A stretch of 64,000 nucleotides of DNA, from positions 3,186,492 to 3,250,491 of the forward strand of contig CM119268.1 of the NCBI GenBank assembly GCA_051294375.1. The letters are read 5' to 3'. The stretch comes from Paraspadella gotoi (lineage: Eukaryota; Animalia; Chaetognatha). Under the pieces are notes generated by a model that worked only from the letters and a program-made list of their open reading frames with translations, was not told where the DNA came from and did no database searches. The position numbers were made by a program, and so were the translations under genes. How positions within the stretch are numbered: the stretch's first letter is position 1; every line of letters begins with the position of its first letter. This document shows, piece by piece, positions 27,384-39,594 of the stretch.

Positions 27384-29005
27384 ATGGGGAAAGAGGATAA
27401 AGGGAAAATTATGGAGGAACTAAACTCCTTAATGAAAATTTATGCGCGAGAATTAAAACAAGGTTTTGGTTACAAGGAAAATCCAATATGGAAATAGGAG
27501 GAAAACAAGGCTCAGCGACTACAAGCCGACTTTCTCCAAACAAATGGACAGCTATAGCTTGAAGAGATGGAGAAAGGCACCTGGAAGCGCCTAAAATTAA
27601 AGGATGCTTAAAATAGGGGGCGCTACTATGGTGATTGATGTATGACATGCGTAGAAGGGGTCCATAACCAAGAAAAAGTATTGGAAAATCTAGATAAATC
27701 TGGGCAGCCAAACACAAACTAGAATGGGGAAAAACAAAAAGATGGTAATGCAGGATAGGAAAACTTGACAATAGAACAAATGGAAAACTTGCCGCAGTAA
27801 AAAATTGAAAATTGTACCTCATACAAATACGCTTGGCGATAATTACAAGATGAGGTAAGAACTTACAAAATATATGAAGTAAAAAGAGTCAAACTGCAAA
27901 ACAGGCAATCGCTTAATTCAAAAACAATGGCATCAAACGAAGTGATCCGAAAAATAGAATCATCGTAATTTTTAGAACTCCACGAAAAAATAAATGTTCC
28001 AAGCTTGATAAATAATTCTGAAACATGGGTGCCTTAATAAAAAAAGAAGAAGAAGACTTGAAAAAAAACGCAGATACAGAACTATTAAAAATTGTATTTT
28101 CCATCCCAATCACAACCACCCACAACAGCTATTATTACAGTTCTCGTCTTTATATACACAACCTGTCGTATACATCTCAAACAACTTGTTTACTTACAAA
28201 AGATTTTAAAGCAAGAAATTCCTCACAATTGGACTTTTAAAACTTTTTTTGCTTTACTAAGATTCAATGAAAATTGGCTGGGCTAAACATTAGGCAAAAA
28301 CGTCTTACTTTATAAAATTAACTACCAATCTCGAAGTCATCAGAAATAAAACAACTATATAGCTGGAAAAAAGAATGTAGAATTTGCTGTAGAGAAATTT
28401 AAGTAAAGAAAGGCTACACAACAACTGCTACAGAGATCGTACAGGACAACAAATATTAAAAAACAAAGCCAAAAACATAGTCGACCAAATAAGCAATATA
28501 CCTATGTCGCGAAAAACGCACAACGGACTATTGAAATGCAAACAAACAAGAAACAGCTACCATATTATGTCAAGATATGGAATTGCTTGAGTGCGGCAAG
28601 AACTATATATTCTAATCCATAAATCAAATCTGTGAAAATGCAACAAGGAAGATGATGAAGAATAGACCTTAATTATTGTATTAATGGAATCATTTAAACT
28701 TTATGTCCAATCTTGAAAATAACCTTTTTCTGATATATACTTAAAAACATAAGAAAAACTAAAGCATATCATGATTCGGATAGAGAGAGTGTGGAACGTT
28801 AAAAAAGGAAACGGGATCTAATGTGAAAATACTGAAATTCTAAACTATGTATAATAATTAGTCCACTTTGTATTTTTTTGTTTTGTTAATTTATTTACAT
28901 TTCTTTAAAATGTGTAAGCATACATGTATCAATGTACGGCTCAATTAAACTGTTACATTGTTACTGTGTTAAACATTCACATTTTGAAGCATAATAAATC
29001 AAATC

Positions 29006-29008
<3 letters not shown>
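27384..29008 (+). mobile_element. 5'-truncated non-LTR retrotransposon (LINE) reverse transcriptase remnant, heavily frameshifted
   Basis: RT motifs recovered in order across frameshifts: IKGKLWR (~27396-27416), ARIKTRF, IGGKQGS (27494-27514), FSKQMD, GALLW plus a disrupted xDD site (~27613-27642), KHKLEWG, IENCTSYKY(L)GD (27804-27840). Possible C..ET..HI zinc-knuckle remnant at ~28535-28570. 3' tail AATAAATCAAATCAAA at 28993-29008. Confidence 0.85.
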
Positions 29009-29037
<29 letters not shown>

Positions 29038-29097
29038 ATCTTTTCTCTCTCTCTCTCTCTCTCTCTCTCCTCNNNNNNNNNNNNNNNNNNNNNNNNN

Positions 29098-29991
29098 AGC
29101 CTGGTTCCAAGCCCAGGACCCGTTCCATGGCTGCTAAGGGGGAACAGATAGTAGTCTTCAGCCCATTTAGCGCTTTATCCACAAAAAGATCGAAGGAACT
29201 TATTTCAAACTGCGATTGAATGAATGAACTATTGAAGGTAAGCGTATTAAAGACTGATTTAATGAATGAATATATTATCGAATGAATGAATTAATGATTT
29301 TAGAAATGAGTAATTTAAAAAGGAAAGGTATGAATGCCTAATTTATAATTGAATTCAGGAGAAAAAAGTAATTTATTTATAATCAAGTAAAGAAACGAAT
29401 GTTTACATGAAAGAAACTACGAAAGAAGCCAACGGTAAAGAATAATGAATGAAAAATCGCTCAGCTCCGCTCAGCACGGAAGAAACGCCTCCAATGATCC
29501 TATTCTCTCTCTCTCTCTCTCTCTCTTCTCCTTCCTCTTCTCCTCTCTTCTCTCTCCTCTCTCTCCTCCTCTCTCTCTCTCTCTTGGATTTTCTCGACGC
29601 ACAACAAGGAATCAAATGCAAATTAAGTTTCGTCGTTGTCGTCATCTCTGTCGTCGTCGTTGTCGTCGTTTTCGTCGTTGTCAGTTTCTCCGTCTGCTAA
29701 TCTGTCTACGTTGTTAACATTAACGGAATAAGAAATAAGAAATTTCTTCATATTTTTTTCACGTTTGTGATGAATTTTTGTTTTCTATGTTATTATAATC
29801 CGTCGATATTCACTCTCTTCATTTTCATTGTCAACGTCGTTGCCTGTTGTCGTTTCTCCTGGTTCACGGATGTCGCTTTTTCAAGTTGAATACGGAATGC
29901 GGACAACTCATCCCGGATGTAATAGACTGTTATTGTAGAACTAAGAAGAATGTAAACGAGAGTTAGAGTCAAACTGACACGGATCGATGAA

Positions 29992-30033
<42 letters not shown>

Positions 30034-30153
30034 ACAATTCCTTACTCCTCTCTTCGTCATCAGCATATGGCGGCAAGAGTTATTGCTCAATGGAGAGATG
30101 TTGAAGGGACCTGAGATTCCGTTCGACGCCCATTTTTTTTTCTTTTTTTTTAT
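29098..30153 (+). repeat. Direct duplicate copy 1 (~1.05 kb), bounded by 25-N gaps on both sides
   Basis: Collinear with 30732-31876. Confidence 0.95.
29812..30110 (-). CDS. Candidate two-exon start of a type II membrane protein (duplicated at ~31470-31836)
   Basis: Exon ...HMLMTKRG ends at donor GTAAGG (~30043). A short GA-rich intron follows, then VSLTLTLVYILLSSTITVYYIRDELSAFRIQLEK...MKMKR and a possible donor GTGAAT. The acceptor differs between the two copies. Confidence 0.3.
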
Positions 30154-30694
30154 NNNNNNNNNNNNNNNNNNNNNNNNNACGGCACGCGGAGGCGGAAGGA
30201 CATCGAGAGTCGAGGAGACGACGGGGAGGGGAGGAGATTGACGTACGCCGGACGGGGAGCGGGGAACGGAGATTCGAAGGAGACACTAGAGATCGGGGGA
30301 GCGGGGAGGATGGAAGAGACGCGGGGAGAGAGATGAAGCAAGAGAGTGTGTGAGGAATGAGAGAGAAGAGAGAGAGATGGAGAGAAGAGAAGAGAGAGAG
30401 AGAGAGTTGCTCGGGAAGATGAGGAGGAGGAGGGGGGCGGCGTAGGGACGGAGTGTGAGATTCGACGCTTATCTTTCCAGTAAGGGAAACTTCTTTGAGA
30501 TTACATTGATTCTGTCTTTACTCACCTGACTTTGCACAAAGAATAGCAAATACTCCCAAATTAACCAATATAAAACACGACCTTAGTTTTAGAAACTGTA
30601 GTCGGGCATTGACACCCTCAGTCGCGACCCGAGTGTGCTCATTGAGTAAAGCCATCAGCTCCCAACCGGTACTACCCAGCGGAGACGTGGGGAT

Positions 30695-30780
30695 GGCCGT
30701 AAGCAGCCTTTGGGGGCGTGGACAAACCCCAAGCCTGGTTCCAAGCCCAGGGAACCCCGTATCCATGGCTGCTAAGGGCG
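30695..30780 (+). ncRNA. Twister-ribozyme-like motif (variant; activity uncertain)
   Basis: TAA-GCA-GC-C-[TTGGGG..CCCCAA]-G-[CCTGG-TTCCAAGC-CCAGG]-linker-TGC-T-AAGGG follows the twister order UAA-P2-GC-P3-P4/L4(UCCCAAGC)-P2'-GAGGG, with deviations in L1. Confidence 0.5.
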
Positions 30781-31720
30781 AACAGATAGTGTTTCAGCCC
30801 ATTTAGCGCTTTATCACAAAAAGATCGAAGGAAACTTATTTCAACTGCGATTTAATGGAATGACTATTGAAGGTAAAGTGCTATTAAGACTGATTTAATG
30901 AATCAATATAATTATGATGAATGAATTATGATGGATTTTAGAATGAGTAATTTAAAAAGGAAGGTATGAATGCACTATTTATTAATTGAATTCAGGGAGA
31001 AAAAGTATTATTTATAATCAAGTAAAGAAACGAATGTTTACATGAAAGAAAAAACTACGAAAGAAGCCAAACGGTAAAGAATAATGAATTGAAATCGTCG
31101 CTCCGCTCAGCACGGAAGAAGAACACGCCTCCCAATGTCCCTATTCTCTCGTCTCTCTCTTCTCTCTCTTCTCCTTCCTCTTCTCCTCTCTTCTCTCTCC
31201 TCTCTCTCCTCCTCTCTCTCTCTCTCTTTGGCATTTTCTCGAGCATCAACAAGGAATCAAATGCAAATTAAGTTTCGTCGTTGTTCGTCATCTCTGTCGT
31301 CGTCGTTGTCGTCGTTTTCGTCGCGTTGTCAGTTCTCGTCTGCTAGATTCTCGCTCTACGTCTCGTAACATTAACGGAATAAGAAATCTTTAATGAAATT
31401 CTTCATATTTTTTTTTTACGTTTGTGCATGAATTTTGTCTATGTTATTATCATCCCGTCGATATTTCACTCTTCTTCCATTTCTCATTGTCACACGTCGT
31501 TGCCTGTTGTTCGTTCTCCTGGTTCACACGCGATGTCGGCTTTTTCAAGTTGAATACGGAATGCGGACAACTCTCTCCGGATGTATATAGACTGTTATTG
31601 TAGAACCTAGGAAGAATGTAACGAGGTTAGAGTCAAACTGACAATCGATCGGCACTGAACTTTCCTTTTTCTTTCTTCTCTTCTCTCTGTCTGCTCTCTT
31701 CTCTCTCCTCCTCTCTCTCT

Positions 31721-31754
<34 letters not shown>

Positions 31755-31876
31755 TCAAAAACAATTCCTTACTCCTCTTTCGTCAGTCAGCATATGCGGC
31801 AAGAGTTATTGCTCATGGAGAGATGTTGAAGGGACCTGAGATTCCGTTCGACGCCCATTTTTTTTTCTTTTTTTAT
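30732..31876 (+). repeat. Direct duplicate copy 2, insertion-rich
   Basis: Same sequence as 29098-30153 with many single-base insertions. Confidence 0.95.
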
Positions 31877-32400
31877 CTTTTCTTTCTTTCTTTCCTTTTT
31901 CTCTTCTTCCCTTTTCTTTTTTCTCGATCGTTTTTTTTTCTCCACGGACCCGTCATGTCAGATTTTCATTTTTCAACGTGATGCGTTTTCGAGTTTGAGA
32001 TAAAAAAAATAGGAAGAAGAGAGAGAAGAGAGGAGAGAGAGGACAGTAGAGGAGGTGGGAGGGGACTGAGAGAGAGAGAAGCAGAGTCGATGAGAGAGAC
32101 GAGAGAGGAGAGAGAGAGAGAGAGAGAGAACCGAATCGTCGGAAGAAAGGAGAAGAAAATTTCTTTCCATCATAATTCGTAAATAAGTTAGAGAAAAGAA
32201 AAAAATTCAAGCATAAAATAAAATAGAGGCGTCCCCAGTGTAGCCTACCAACATTGATCAATATTTTTTTTTTGATTTGATTTTTTTTGCGGACAAACGT
32301 TGAAGTTAACACATTAGTTGTTTCAGAATATTACATCTATTTTTTCCGACGAAAAAAAACAAACTTGACTGACCAATCAAGGGAATCGAACGGACCAATC

Positions 32401-32484
32401 AAGAAAACGAAACCAAGCAATGAAGAGAACGGAACCAAGCAATGAAGAAAACGAAACCAAGCAATGAAGAGAACGGAACCGAGC
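32401..32484. repeat. 22-bp tandem repeat x4 (AACG(A/G)AACCAAGCAATGAAGA(G/A)) with alternating variants
   Basis: Read directly. Confidence 0.9.
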
Positions 32485-32513
32485 GATCGAAATAAGTGAC
32501 TCTCGCTTTTCAG

Positions 32514-32564
32514 GTCTGGAATTCGTCTGCCGATTTTTTAATCCCTCGGCTACCAAATTCACAG
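32514..32564 (+). CDS. Candidate 51-nt internal exon (VWNSSADFLIPRLPNSQ)
   Basis: TTTTCAG| acceptor and CAG|GTAGTT donor. Length is a multiple of 3 and phase-compatible with the exon at 33325. Confidence 0.4.
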
Positions 32565-33071
32565 GTAGTTGCTCCAAAAAAAGAGGAGGAGGAGTGAGGG
32601 GGACTGGTAGGGGGGGAATAAGGTCGGAGTTAGAGAAGATAAAAGAGAAGAGATGAATTTATAGGAGGGAAAACTACTTAATTTTAAATAAAGTTTAATT
32701 AGAGAAAATGGAGGTGGATGGATTTGAGTGAGGTTAGAAAAAAATATGATGAGCATTTCAAGTTTAAGAAGAGGAGAAAGTGAATTAAAAAGAGAGGTGG
32801 AGAAAAGAAGATAAGAAAAGAGAAGAAAGACGAAGAGAAGGATAAATTTAGAGATGAGAGTAAAGAGAGGAAGTTGAACAAGCATAATGAGTGAAGATAA
32901 AATTAGAGTAGAGGGTGTAAAGAGAGGATAGATTATAGAATTAGAATAGAGAGTGTAAAGAGAGGAAAGATTATGGTCGAAAGGGAAGCAGAGTGAATTA
33001 TCAAAGTAGGAAAATAGTAAAATGAAAAAAGTAAATAGAAGTTACACCGAATGATCTTTCTTTCTTTCTTC

Positions 33072-33110
<39 letters not shown>

Positions 33111-33115
33111 TTTTG

Positions 33116-33173
<58 letters not shown>

Positions 33174-33324
33174 ATTTTTTATTTTTCTTTCCATTTCTTT
33201 TTTATATTTTCTTTCTTTCATTTCTCTTCCAATTTTCTATTTCTTTTCATTTCCCTACTTATTTTCCCTTTCTCTCCCTTTAATTTTCCACTTCTTTCTA
33301 CCTTTCATTTTGTTCTTTTCCTAG

Positions 33325-33469
33325 GATAAAGACTTAAACCTGTCAAGTGTTTATTCTTCGTCCTCTTTCTCCGCCGCCTGTTACACTTTTTATGTCTTTC
33401 TCTCTCTCTCCATCTTATTCGCGTGTTGGGAGACACGAAGCCAAAGTGGATGTCATTGCACGACGACGA

Positions 33470-33500
<31 letters not shown>

Positions 33501-33510
33501 AGCCTCGTAA
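33325..33510 (+). CDS. Candidate last coding exon with a hydrophobic helix (TM or GPI-signal-like)
   Basis: Acceptor TTCTTTTCCTAG|, then DKDLNLSSVYSSSSFSAACYTFYVFLSLSILFACWETRSQSGCHCTTTM(T)nAS-stop. Confidence 0.4.
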
Positions 33511-36500
33511 ACGACGTTAGGGTTACTCCCATTAATGAGTGAGGCCAGGTAAATGGTTTTGTGAGGATTTGAAATTTGCGATTTAGTGATAGTTAAAATT
33601 AAATCAATTTGCATTTACTTGTATTAGCAGCGTTCGATAGTAGATCTTTACAGAGGTTTACTATGTTTGTAGAGGGACAGATGTAAATTTAGCTTTGTTT
33701 TGAAACGTATTACGAAGAATAGTAATGACTTATGAGTTATGACTAATGATTTAATGAACAAGATCCTATTTGATAATACTTCAAAAGATATTTAAGCAAA
33801 CGAAAATGTTTAAAGCTTTTCGTAATTTCATCTGAAAACTCAAAAAAAGTTTTTTTTTTAGTATAAATTCTTATCGTGAATTGGGAATTATGATTTAGTT
33901 TGGCAATCATAATCAACAAAAATATTTAAGTTGCGGTGAGAAAATCTTGTCCTTTGCAGTAAAACTGTCAACGACATAAAAGCAAAGAGTTAAAGGGAAA
34001 TAAAACAGAAATAAAAAAGGAAAAAAGGAAGAGAAGAAAGGAAAGAAAGAAGAAAAAGACTTCGGATGTTGGACGTCGACGGCAAGGGATGTAATGACTC
34101 CTAATACGGCAAGGGATGTGGACACTGAATTTTTGGAGCGGCCGTTCGTAGCGAGCCAGAACTTTCTACAGTTAGAAAATTAAATTTCCTTCGGGATAAC
34201 GCTCGCTTTCTATTTCAGGTAACTTCAGTTGATCATGAATAATAACGTCTGATTAGCGCTGGGTGCGCCTTCTATCTACAACATTGGACGTTATCCCGTA
34301 TACTGTCAAGTGTCGAATTGGAATGATTGAGTTTTTTTGTTGATGATTGATTCAGCTAATTAAATGATTGAAAAAATTCTATTATTTAGAATTGATTCCC
34401 CCCCGAAATATTTTACATTGTTGGTTTACATTTGTTCTGATTTATTTTCTATGATCCTCTTTTGCCCAAGGATAAATTTTTCTTAGATTATATGATATGA
34501 TTATTTAGAAATTGAACAGATAAAGCAACATAAATATATTGTCAATGAATTAATATTTTTGGTTTAATTAAGAGTTGGCCCCGCTTATTTAGTTATAAAT
34601 TTTGATTATCTGATTTGGTTCTTTTTAGCGGAATTAATTGGTTTGATTGAATTTCGAGTGTATTTTTGCTCTTTGATTTGTTTGATATTTTGGCTTTTTC
34701 CTAAGTTCTTTTTTCTTTTCTTTTTCCGAGATTCCTCCAATGTTTGAAGTAGATTGTCAGGATGAGCTAAGGTACTGCAAGTTCTTGTTCACCCGAGATT
34801 GCCTAAGTTGACTTCGCCGGACCGGGATACCGTGAACTGGCTCAAAGGAACCCACCTTGCTTTCACGAAAGTCTTCAAGCTTGTGAAAGCAGAAGATTGC
34901 AAATGCCAACTCTCTTTCCCAGATGACAACCTTTGTTCTGGAAAGTATTGGTGAGGCCCGTTATTCCTGGAGACCAAGCTAAGAGAGAGAAGAACGGAAA
35001 GTGTGTTGGAAAGAGTTGAGAAAGTTTGATTTGCTTCTTATTTTTCTCTTGTCGCGAATCCTCTGTGGATTTCAGTCAGCTCTTGCTTTACGATGAGAGA
35101 GTGTATGTATGTTGAATCGTTTTGTATGAATGACGCTGATGTTGGCACTATGAATACGGCCCTGAATGATTGTATGATCAAAAAGCAGCTGTTTGAGTTA
35201 AATGATACTAACAGAAATTATGAAACTGTAAAGTGCAACCTCAGAGAGACTCGATTTTACAAAGAGACTTGTAGGGAAATGGAAGAAATGGACTTATTCT
35301 ACTACCCCTCCTTAAGTAGCGTGGGGGCGAACGATTAACTGCTCACCACATCCATTGTTACTTTCTTCCCAGAACCTCACAGTGGTGGGGGGCACAGTTG
35401 AACCGGACATTTTATGCCTTTCGTTACACTGGAAACGAAAAAGCCTCTCATTGAAACTGAAAATCAGGTATGGATAGAAGCATGGTTGCTCATCAATTGC
35501 TCAAAGAAAGCATATAGAGGAGTTGCATAGCTTCAAGAAAATTTGTTCCAAATCAGAGCCAAATGTCATACAGAGGTTTATGTTTAATGTTCCGATAGGC
35601 ATTTGCAAAGATGCCATCACAAGATGTGCAAGTGCGGATCTTAAACCTACCGATCATTCTTGATGTATTAGAACAAAAAGAGATACCAGAAATCGGAGCA
35701 GAACCACATCCAAGGTTGGTTATTCTGTGTGTAGGCAAACGCACAGAGGATACAGTACGTAATGATCGGTTTTCCAATCAGGGCGAGATCATATTTCTAT
35801 GTGATTGTTCCGTTGTTGACCTTTGTATGTACGTTCTTAACTACTGAGTTTGTGTCCCAATTAGCACAAAAAAACACCGAATTAAAAAGAATAAGATTTG
35901 AGGAGAGACTCCATTCAATCGAGTTACACTAAGCAAGAGAGAAATTCTCTGTCGTAGATTGCTTCCTACTAGGCCGAATGCCTCCTGTCATACTTAGGAC
36001 TAGAAACAATACCATTAAGCCTTATTCAACAGGCGACTATGATCAGCTGGCTCAGGGAGCGCGGGGCCGCGGTTAACGCAGCTCATTCTTGGGGCCCGTA
36101 GCGCCAACGCAGCTCCGATTTTCGCAAAAATCTTCATTAAGATTTCATAAAGTAGGATAAAACTGTGACTATTGAACGGAAGGATTTATTTTAGAAGACT
36201 CTAATAATGGCTTCATCCAGTTCGTTTTAAGAGGAGGCGACTGCGTTATTCTTTCTGCGAATCTCTTTGAATGGAGCATGGAATCGCGCCAAGCCTAGCA
36301 AAATTCAACTACGGCCGCAGGCAAATTAGAGACGACGCCGAGCACCGCAGTCATTATTTTCAGAGATGCGGACCAACGCGGCAAGAAGACCGATCTCTGC
36401 AGAGCGACTGAAGATGTATGCTTCAGCACCCAGCAATGGAACTTTCTCTCGGGATGCAACAATTTTGGCTCTAGTCCGTTATGATGAGAGGTTCATTTTT

Positions 36501-39074
36501 GGACGGCCGCTAATTGCATGTTACTGAATTTATATTAATGATATGATTAATTATCATAATTATATTTAGTGTATTCATTTCTAACAATTCTTTTTATTGT
36601 AAGCTTATCTTCGCCCGGTATGTGCTCTAGAATTCTTAGTTCATTTTAACAGTATAAAATAATTTTATTTAAAACATACTTTTGGCTGGTGTTTCCGCTT
36701 TATGGATGTTGAAATTTAACATGTTTACACTTTATCTTTCCAATGCCATGGCTTGGAAAGCTTATTTGATTCCCTCTTATGAATTACATCTTTGATGTTT
36801 ACTTAGAGAAATTATGAAATCTTAGGAATCTGGAACCTCAAGATTGAAAAGAACTTCTGTTTCTTGATGATTATCAAATCTATCCTGGATTGAATATCAT
36901 TCGATAATTGTATCTTGAATGAATTACTGAGTCCTTTGACACAACTGGTGTTATCATCCTAAGTGAAAGTCATAGCTGCCCATCTATGCCTCATCTGTCC
37001 GAATTTTTGTGAGTGAAAGGATCGGATTTTCCATAATGACTTCCACAAGGTGGCGTATTTTAGGCATAAATGATGCTTTCATTTTTCATAGACGACATAT
37101 CTATAAAGAGGTGCTTAGAATAAATTTTTTTGAACCGATTAACCATTAATATTGGTAATTGTATGAAGACATACTTCTTGACTAATAAAACCCTTTATTG
37201 AATTTTTACATCTTTTTTCCCTCACTGTCTTTTGAGTTTTATCAGGATCCTGTTCTATGTCACTGAGTCCCTATGTATCACGAGCTGGTACACGACAAAA
37301 TTGAACAGCAAGAACAGCGCAGACCAACGGCCTACAGCTCCAGTCACGCGCGTAGTCGGACAATTACAGCACATATCAAATCTGTAACTCCTGATGCGAC
37401 GCGAAGACAGAGAATCACGGCATGCAGCCGGTGCTTGCCAATGCGGATTCAAGAACCGCAACATTCGCGGTATGTCCCTGAGGAACATGCACGAAACTGG
37501 AAAAAAGGAGCCCACGAACGTGGACCTGATAATATGGATATCTAGCGTCAAACTTAGACAGGCGATAACATGGCCCTTTTTTAGTTTTAACTGTCATGTG
37601 TCTTTTAGTTTTCTTGGTCACGCTTTATCTAGTCATTAGCATTTTGAATTTGTGCGCCATTGACCGAGAACAACATTTTTGATGGGCCGTCTTGATTTCG
37701 CACTACTGTGCTCCTGTCCCTGTGCCTCTTGTCGGTCACTGAAAAAGTTGAGAGTTAGGGGGTTGAGAAAGGAGAAACCAGTGGCCAAGATCGGTTTGGA
37801 CCCGACGAAGAACTGAGATGTATCTTCTTCTTAGCTACCGTCATTCTCCCCCCCGGTCAAGCCCTTCAGTCCGCGATATAAAGACCTTTGGCGGTTCTCA
37901 TTGAGCTTTTCGTCTTCATGTTTTTGGGCAGCACTTCCGCGCGTTGGACTTAACATTCCTTGTCGAGGTATTTACCATATTTCACTAGCCGTGGCTATTT
38001 ACACTGCCTTAACGGAAAATTATTTACCTGAATATTACTGACGGATCATTCATCGCATCTTATATATTACATTCGTCATTCACTCTATGATCTTTCTCCT
38101 ATATTGTCTTCCGCGATTTATACTCATCACTGATCTGTCAGCACGTGGTGCCGTGTCGGTTCTCGTAGTTTAGCCGAAGGCTATCGTGACACTTATTACT
38201 TGGAGCGGCGTGAGACGACAGAAATCTTCTCTACAGAGAGTAGAGACCAGCGATTACCCGGAGCAGGGGCAGAATGTTCGTAGACAACTGAGGCAGACGA
38301 GAGAGGCAAGCGAAGACGGGAGATGTCGATGGCGTGATTAAGGAGAGCAGGAAAAGCGGAATTTGTGGGTCGTAAGGATGGAAAGTCTACTCTCTCTAGA
38401 GACATATATATTAATAAACCAAAGAGGACGAGAGACAACATAAATGATGGACGAAGAAAAATCAGGAAGAAATGTACAGTGAAGATATAAGAGAAATGAG
38501 CGCGGGAGGTTAGGGATGCACGACGACGATCGACCTGAGAATGAAATTAAGCGCTTAGTCAGTTTTTTCCTTTAAATAGCGTCGACCAGGAATTTGTCAC
38601 TGCATAATTACTGAGATTTTATCGGTTTTTTAGCAATCGTCTGTATCATTCTCTATTATTTAATTTGGTTGGTTTATTTTAACCGCGTTTAGAAAATGGC
38701 GTGTACGTCTCTAATAAAAGCCTTTAAATTTATATGAAACTAAAGAACACGGCGCTAAACGATCCAGTACAATTTATTGTAACTTGTTTACCAATGACCG
38801 CATTAAAATATACTTAAAGCCAAAAAAAGAATTAAAATACACAAAAACTAAAACCACGAATGAGAAATCTAGGATTTTCTTGCCAATTTTTTAATAACTG
38901 ACCTTCTTCCCGCTTGCAACGAGATTGGCGTATAGAAATTCTTCTCTCTCCTCTCCTCTTTCTCTCTCTCTCTCGTCTCTCTCTTCTCATTCTCTTCTCT
39001 CTTCTCTCTCTCGCTAGCTTCTTCTGTCCATCTTTATCATTCTATTCTCTTTGTTACTTCTCCGTTTTCTACCT

Positions 39075-39563
39075 TGTTCGTTCTTTTCCTTCTCTCTTTT
39101 CTCTTTTCTTTTCTTTTTCTTATTTTCCATTTTTTTCTTTTTCTTTTCTTTTTTTTCTTATTCTTTCCTCTTTCCTCCCGTCTCCCGATTCAGCTCCTTT
39201 CGCTCGAGCCGCAGTTCATGCGCAAATCCCTTTCTTATTCCCTGGTTTACAGTTTAGAGACAAGAAGAGGAGAGAGAGAGATGAGAGGAGGAGACGACCG
39301 GAGAGAAGAGAGAGAGGAGAACCTCGGAATCAACAGTTAGCTTACGGCGAACCCAGTGCCGAAACTCAGGTTCTCATCCTGATATTGGAGACAGTTTACA
39401 AGCGAAACCGAGCATTAGCGTAATTTTTTTTCTCTTTGCGTTTATTTAGGGTTTTGAAAAACAAAAATTCCTCAAAATGACGATTCTCTCGATACCTTCT
39501 GTCTGTTGGACTGAAAAGCGTTAACCTTACCCTACATTCAAGCCGATTTCTGCTCTTCTTCTC

Positions 39564-39594
<31 letters not shown>

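Noticed and set aside
34730-38460. Complex sequence with short ORFs (35611-35847, 37273-37545)
   Set aside because: No recognisable protein motif or consistent exon chain. It may be a degraded element or noisy fill.
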